From positions 900,001 through 932,000 of the forward strand of contig OW818675.1 in NCBI GenBank assembly GCA_942493095.1: a DNA stretch of 32,000 nucleotides, read 5' to 3'. Below, piece by piece: positions 27,678-32,000 of the stretch. The stretch is from Candidatus Electronema halotolerans (GTDB taxonomy: Bacteria > Desulfobacterota > Desulfobulbia > Desulfobulbales > Desulfobulbaceae). Numbering within the stretch: the first letter of the stretch is position 1; each line of letters begins with the position of its first letter. The notes beneath the pieces were generated by a model, which did not search any database, was not told where the DNA came from, and saw only the letters and a list, made by a program, of their open reading frames with translations. The position numbers were made by a program, and so were the translations under genes.

Positions 27678-28413
27678 ACAGCGGGGTCTTGAGCAGGCCC
27701 ATCTTGGCCAGCCGGAACTGCAAGGCCGTGTTCAGGCAGCCAAAGCCATAGCGCACTGATCTCTTGAAGTTGATCGACGACGCTTGGGGAAAGTATTTGG
27801 TCGGACAGGTGATTTCCGCAACTGTGAAGCCCTGCCAGATAATCTGGGCCAGCATTTGATTGTCAAAAACAAAATCATCAGAATTTGTCGCCAAATCAAG
27901 CGATTCGAGGAGCGGTCCAGCAAAGGCCCGGTAGCCAGTGTGATATTCTGACAGCTTTGCTTGCAGAAAAATGTTGGCGAAAAGGGTCAGAAAACGGTTG
28001 GCAAGATACTTCCACCACGGCATCCCGTCACGCAGGGCATAGCCGCCGAGAATGCGGGAGCCAAGCACGCAGGAATAAAGGCCGTTGCCGATCAGCGAGG
28101 CCATAGCTGGAATCAGCTTGGGGGTGTATTGATAATCCGGGTGAACCATGATGATGATATCGCCGCCCGCTTCCAGCGCGGCTTTGTAGCAGGTCTTCTG
28201 GTTGGCCCCATAGCCCCGGTTTTCAGGATGCAGGATCACCTGCACCTTATCCAGCTTTTTTGCAACCGCAACTGTGCTGTCTGAGCTGGCATCATCGACC
28301 AGAATAATGAGGTCAACAATCTCCTGCGCCATTATCTCCTGATATGTCTGCGTCACAGTTTTTTCCGCATTGTAAGCCGGCATGACGACAATGACACGAA
28401 GTCCCTTGTACAC
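27670..28413 (-). CDS. Family 2 glycosyltransferase
   Basis: [59 protein letters not shown]. Confidence 0.92.
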   Translation of the reverse strand: MYKGLRVIVVMPAYNAEKTVTQTYQEIMAQEIVDLIILVDDASSDSTVAVAKKLDKVQVILHPENRGYGANQKTCYKAALEAGGDIIIMVHPDYQYTPKLIPAMASLIGNGLYSCVLGSRILGGYALRDGMPWWKYLANRFLTLFANIFLQAKLSEYHTGYRAFAGPLLESLDLATNSDDFVFDNQMLAQIIWQGFTVAEITCPTKYFPQASSINFKRSVRYGFGCLNTALQFRLAKMGLLKTPLFK

Positions 28414-28432
28414 TTCTGATTACCCCCTCTTG

Positions 28433-29860
28433 TTACTTTTCTGTCTTGGCTGTATTTTTATAAAGCCGCATTGATGCCAGCGAGGTTTTGACTTCTTGCA
28501 GCAGCATGGTCGTTGCGTCTGGTTTGCAATGATCAAATGAGGTGGTGATCACATAATCAGCCTCACTGCTGCCGCAGCCCAGCACGGTCTCGTAGTTGAA
28601 GGCTGAATATCCTGCTCTCTTGTCCATCAGTCCATGCGCGACCGGGAAATCCGCTCCGATAATCGCTGAAGCATCGGCCTGTTGATTCAGGCGCGTGACA
28701 ATCTCCTTTTGCGCGGCAACAATGTCTGCATAGCCCATGTCCGCATCAATAGTAAAAATGTCTCCTTTGTAATAGAAAAAGGAGACAGCGAGGAAAGGAA
28801 CCAGCAGATAATGCAGGCGGGCTGTTTTGAAATTATTGATGAGATACATAAGCTGCGCGGCAATCAGACAGCAGAGCACGGGCATGACCAAGAGGATGTA
28901 GCGGGCTAAATGAAAATTCAGGGCAGAAACTGCCAAAGCAACAGCTATGTAGAGAAGAATTATCATAACCGGCGACCGTTCAGGCTCTGATGCGATGAAA
29001 GCGGCTGCTTTTTCTTTCAGCATCCTGATGTTGCTGGGCAAGAAAAGAACCGAAGCTGCAATAGTCACAGCAGTCCACAAATACCGCCCCTGTCCTTTGC
29101 CAAGAAAACTTAGGTAATAGCTGATGCGGGGAATAATATCTTGCAAGGAGAAAGAAACATAACCTGTATGCAGGGGAAAGAAAAACCAGCCGTTCTGCAT
29201 TTTTTGAATCAGGAGAAAAATTCCCCAGACAAACAGAGGAACTGAGGTCAGGCCAAGTTCGGTCAATTTTTTTCTGCTGATGCCATTGCGCAGCATTGTC
29301 AGCAGAATCGGCAGACCCAAGCTGACCGGCAGCACCACTGCTGTTTCTTTGGTGAGAATGGCAAGACTTGAACAAAGAGCAACCAACCCGAACCGCTCTT
29401 GCAGATACGCATATATGGCCGCTGTGCAGAAGAAGGCCAGCATGATCTCAGGCAGCACCATGCTGGACTGGGCTATGAACACCGGCTGCACCGCAAGCAG
29501 GGCGCAGGCAAGCAGAGCAGTCTTGTGATCGAACAAATACCGCGCCAATCTGTAGAGCAGCAGGAGCAGGCCGCAGCTCCACAGCAAGGCCACGAGATGG
29601 CCAGCCCAGACCTGCGGCCCCAATATTCTGTATCCTATGGCAAAAATGACGGCGCATAACAGGGGATGTCCGCGTGACAGCTCCGGGGGAATGGCATTTG
29701 GCAGCAAGCTGATTTGATGATCAAACATCTGGAGAGCAGCCCGTGAATACACTCCCAGCTCATCCCAGAAATAGGGCATATCTAAGTGATTCAGCTTGAA
29801 GAGAAAAAAAAGCGCGATCAGCAGATAAATGGAATGTCGTTGCTTGAGGTTTGAAAGCAT
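28433..29860 (-). CDS. Polytopic ArnT/PMT-like glycosyltransferase (GT-C)
   Basis: LFKLNHLDMPYFWDELGVYSRAALQM with luminal acidic motif, many TM segments. Confidence 0.8.
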   Translation of the reverse strand: MLSNLKQRHSIYLLIALFFLFKLNHLDMPYFWDELGVYSRAALQMFDHQISLLPNAIPPELSRGHPLLCAVIFAIGYRILGPQVWAGHLVALLWSCGLLLLLYRLARYLFDHKTALLACALLAVQPVFIAQSSMVLPEIMLAFFCTAAIYAYLQERFGLVALCSSLAILTKETAVVLPVSLGLPILLTMLRNGISRKKLTELGLTSVPLFVWGIFLLIQKMQNGWFFFPLHTGYVSFSLQDIIPRISYYLSFLGKGQGRYLWTAVTIAASVLFLPSNIRMLKEKAAAFIASEPERSPVMIILLYIAVALAVSALNFHLARYILLVMPVLCCLIAAQLMYLINNFKTARLHYLLVPFLAVSFFYYKGDIFTIDADMGYADIVAAQKEIVTRLNQQADASAIIGADFPVAHGLMDKRAGYSAFNYETVLGCGSSEADYVITTSFDHCKPDATTMLLQEVKTSLASMRLYKNTAKTEK

Positions 29861-29881
29861 TTTTTCAATTGCTGCGGGAGC

Positions 29882-31939
29882 TTATTGGCCTTGAGCCGTT
29901 TTCGGCAGTTCAATAATCAGCACTTCGCTGTTTTCAAAGCCTTTGCGGAAACGTGGATCAGAGCGCAGGTCGCGGACAAAATAATCAGGATAGACCCCCA
30001 AGTTGGTGATGTTTTCATCTACCGGGGCAATGAGCAGCTTTTTGACCACCACTGCGCCAATGCGGAACCGGCGCAGCAGGGCAAGGCGCTGGGTGTTGTC
30101 GGCCCGCCAGAAGTCCCGCAGATGATAATTCAAATACCATTCATGGGGAACTGGAAAAAGCCGGTAGTTTCCTTCTGGATACATGAAAATTTTCGGCGGA
30201 ACAGGCGGATTGCGCCGCAGCCAGGCAATCGCCTCCTGCAAGGCTGGACTGATTTGGCGAAGATTGTATGTTTTAGCCAGCACATAGCCGCCTTGCAGGA
30301 AGGCAAGAGCTGCAATCAGGGTGATCAGCCATTTGGGCCGGGGCAGGCAGACGGTCCGCTCGGCGATGGGCAGGAGAAGAAATGGCAGGCCGGGCAGGAA
30401 AAAACGGGCATCCGGCGCGCTGGCAAGAAACGCGGCGGCCAGCAGAGTGTAGGACAGCCCGACTCCCCAGAGCCAGATGCTTGAATCTTGGGCTGGCTGG
30501 CGGCAGCGCAAACCCAGCAGCTGCAAGATGGCAGCGGCAATTCCGGCCAGCACCAAGAGCCAGAGCAGCAGGCCGCCATAAATGAAATAATTGGCTGTGA
30601 TCCGCAGATCACCAGGATGATTGGCAATGATAGAAGCCTTGCGTTCTGAGATCACCGGCTTTTTTTTGGCAGATGCAGCTTTGTGCTTGTGAGCGGGCTG
30701 AAGTGATGTATTCGCCGCGTGCGCCTCCGGCCATACTCTTTTCACGATCTGGTGGAATTTTTCCATAGGATAAAAAGGCGAGCCTGTTTCCTTATGGATG
30801 GCCGCGCCTAATCCCCAGGTGCAAAGGCCGATCAGGACAAATGAACAGGCGCAGATTGCGGCTGTTCTGAGCAGACTGGTCCGCTGGATGGTCCAAATCA
30901 GCAGGCAGAGGAAAAAGGCGGGGAAAAAGAGAATTGCGCTGACTTTCACGCCCAAGGCAAAGGCCATGAACAGGGTTGCCGCCAGCCAGCGGTTTTTTCG
31001 CAGCAAATAAAAGGCGGTCATGGCCTGCGCGGTCATGGGCACGTCCTGATAAAAGGTGACGGAAAAAATCAGGGTCATGGGCAGACTGGCCAAGATCAGC
31101 AGATAGGGCATGGCCGCTCTGGTCTCAACCCCGCCCCGGCTGCGGGCCAAGAGATAGGCGATGCCGAGGAACTGAATCAGATACAGGGCTTGATAGAACT
31201 GCACTGCGGCAAAGGAGCCGTGGGCGAGCCGGAAGAACACCGCCCCCAGATAATGCCAGAGAAAGGAATGCGGATAGGTCCGCTTTTCGGCATGGCCCCA
31301 GCCTGTGGGAATTTCAGCCGTGAAATTGGCTTTTGACAGCACCTTGGCCTGCTGTTCCAGCATGTAATAGTGAGTGACTTCATCGCCGACCATGACCTGC
31401 GGCGCAGCCATGCCTGTCCAGAAAACACCGAGTGCGGCGGCCAGAATGATCAGCGGCGCGCCCAATGTTGTGCCTCTGGCTGGACGGCGGCAGAGCCGCT
31501 GCCACTGTTCCATGAGCTTCTGCTGGAAACGGTGGCCATCTGTCTCTTCCGGCTTCATTTCCATGCCTTCCAGTTTGCTGATCCGCCGCAGCAGGGCGCG
31601 CTGATTCTTCTCCAGTTCAGAAATGGTGATGGAAAAATGAAACACTAAGAGCAGGAGAAAGGCGATGAACAGACCGGCTGCTGCTGCGCCGTAATGCACG
31701 CCCAGCAGGCTGGGAAAGGAACGGAGCAGATTGGGAAACAGGGCAGTGAGCAGGACAATCAGGCTGACCGTGCTCCATGTCAGGCCGTAGCGTTTTTGCA
31801 GGCCGGTTTTCAGCCATGCGGAAATGGTGAGGAAGAGCAGGGACAGACTGAAGAAAATCGCAATCAGGCGGATGCGGAAGGCTGGGTCAAGGCCGCCGAT
31901 GAAGCGGGCCAGACTTTCCTCCAAGGCCACTGCGGCCAT
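29882..31939 (-). CDS. Polytopic GT-C-like glycosyltransferase with DUF2304-like N-terminal region; frame stays open to 32000
   Basis: MVGDEVTHYYMLEQQAKVLS..YPHSFLWHYLGAVFF; N-term RIRLIAIFFSLSLLFLTISAW...ITISELEKNQRALLRRISKLE; reading upstream of the ATG gives LWDRRINRFGGLLGLLAGLF without stop. Confidence 0.75.
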   Translation of the reverse strand: MAAVALEESLARFIGGLDPAFRIRLIAIFFSLSLLFLTISAWLKTGLQKRYGLTWSTVSLIVLLTALFPNLLRSFPSLLGVHYGAAAAGLFIAFLLLLVFHFSITISELEKNQRALLRRISKLEGMEMKPEETDGHRFQQKLMEQWQRLCRRPARGTTLGAPLIILAAALGVFWTGMAAPQVMVGDEVTHYYMLEQQAKVLSKANFTAEIPTGWGHAEKRTYPHSFLWHYLGAVFFRLAHGSFAAVQFYQALYLIQFLGIAYLLARSRGGVETRAAMPYLLILASLPMTLIFSVTFYQDVPMTAQAMTAFYLLRKNRWLAATLFMAFALGVKVSAILFFPAFFLCLLIWTIQRTSLLRTAAICACSFVLIGLCTWGLGAAIHKETGSPFYPMEKFHQIVKRVWPEAHAANTSLQPAHKHKAASAKKKPVISERKASIIANHPGDLRITANYFIYGGLLLWLLVLAGIAAAILQLLGLRCRQPAQDSSIWLWGVGLSYTLLAAAFLASAPDARFFLPGLPFLLLPIAERTVCLPRPKWLITLIAALAFLQGGYVLAKTYNLRQISPALQEAIAWLRRNPPVPPKIFMYPEGNYRLFPVPHEWYLNYHLRDFWRADNTQRLALLRRFRIGAVVVKKLLIAPVDENITNLGVYPDYFVRDLRSDPRFRKGFENSEVLIIELPKTAQGQ

Positions 31940-32000
31940 GAACAGGCCGGCGAGCAGGCCCAGGAGGCCGCCGAATCGGTTGATCCGCCGGTCCCAGAGC

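Noticed and set aside
1-32000. tRNA, rRNA or known riboswitch
   Set aside because: No cloverleaf-like, rRNA or recognisable riboswitch sequence was noticed by eye; Infernal/tRNAscan would be decisive.

Overview
This is a bacterial window, probably from an anaerobic, sulfate-reducer-like Desulfobacterota/Desulfobulbaceae-type organism; that lineage call is inferred from gene content only. Left part: an RND efflux pump gene with its outer-membrane lipoprotein partner, two META/HslJ-type lipoprotein genes, a cysE-cysK operon on the minus strand, a very large CBS4-PAS3-HK-REC-HPt hybrid kinase, and a small hypothetical protein. Centre (13.1-17.9 kb): a mobile-element scar. An IS1-like element (25-bp imperfect IRs, 8-bp TSD) is inserted inside an IS630-family element whose transposase also needs a -1 frameshift on an A9 run. 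Further along are a 5' fragment of the same IS1-like element, an 18-bp tandem duplication, a 182-bp MITE-like inverted-repeat unit and a complete IS5-like element. Right part: purC, adk, then a compact oxygen/peroxide defence cluster: PerR-like regulator with an extra C-terminal domain, rubrerythrin, desulfoferrodoxin with an extra Cys cluster, 2-Cys peroxiredoxin, an unannotated rubredoxin, an M28 peptidase and a flavodiiron oxidoreductase. It is preceded by a perfect 15-bp palindrome inside a candidate promoter. After it come a cyclase with a degenerate receiver domain, dut, and three minus-strand glycosyltransferase-type genes. I do not see a wholly new defence or RNA system. The most notable points are the modified PerR regulator and its box, the Cys-rich insert in desulfoferrodoxin, and the nested/slippery IS structures. 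All family calls were made by reading motifs; no database search was run.
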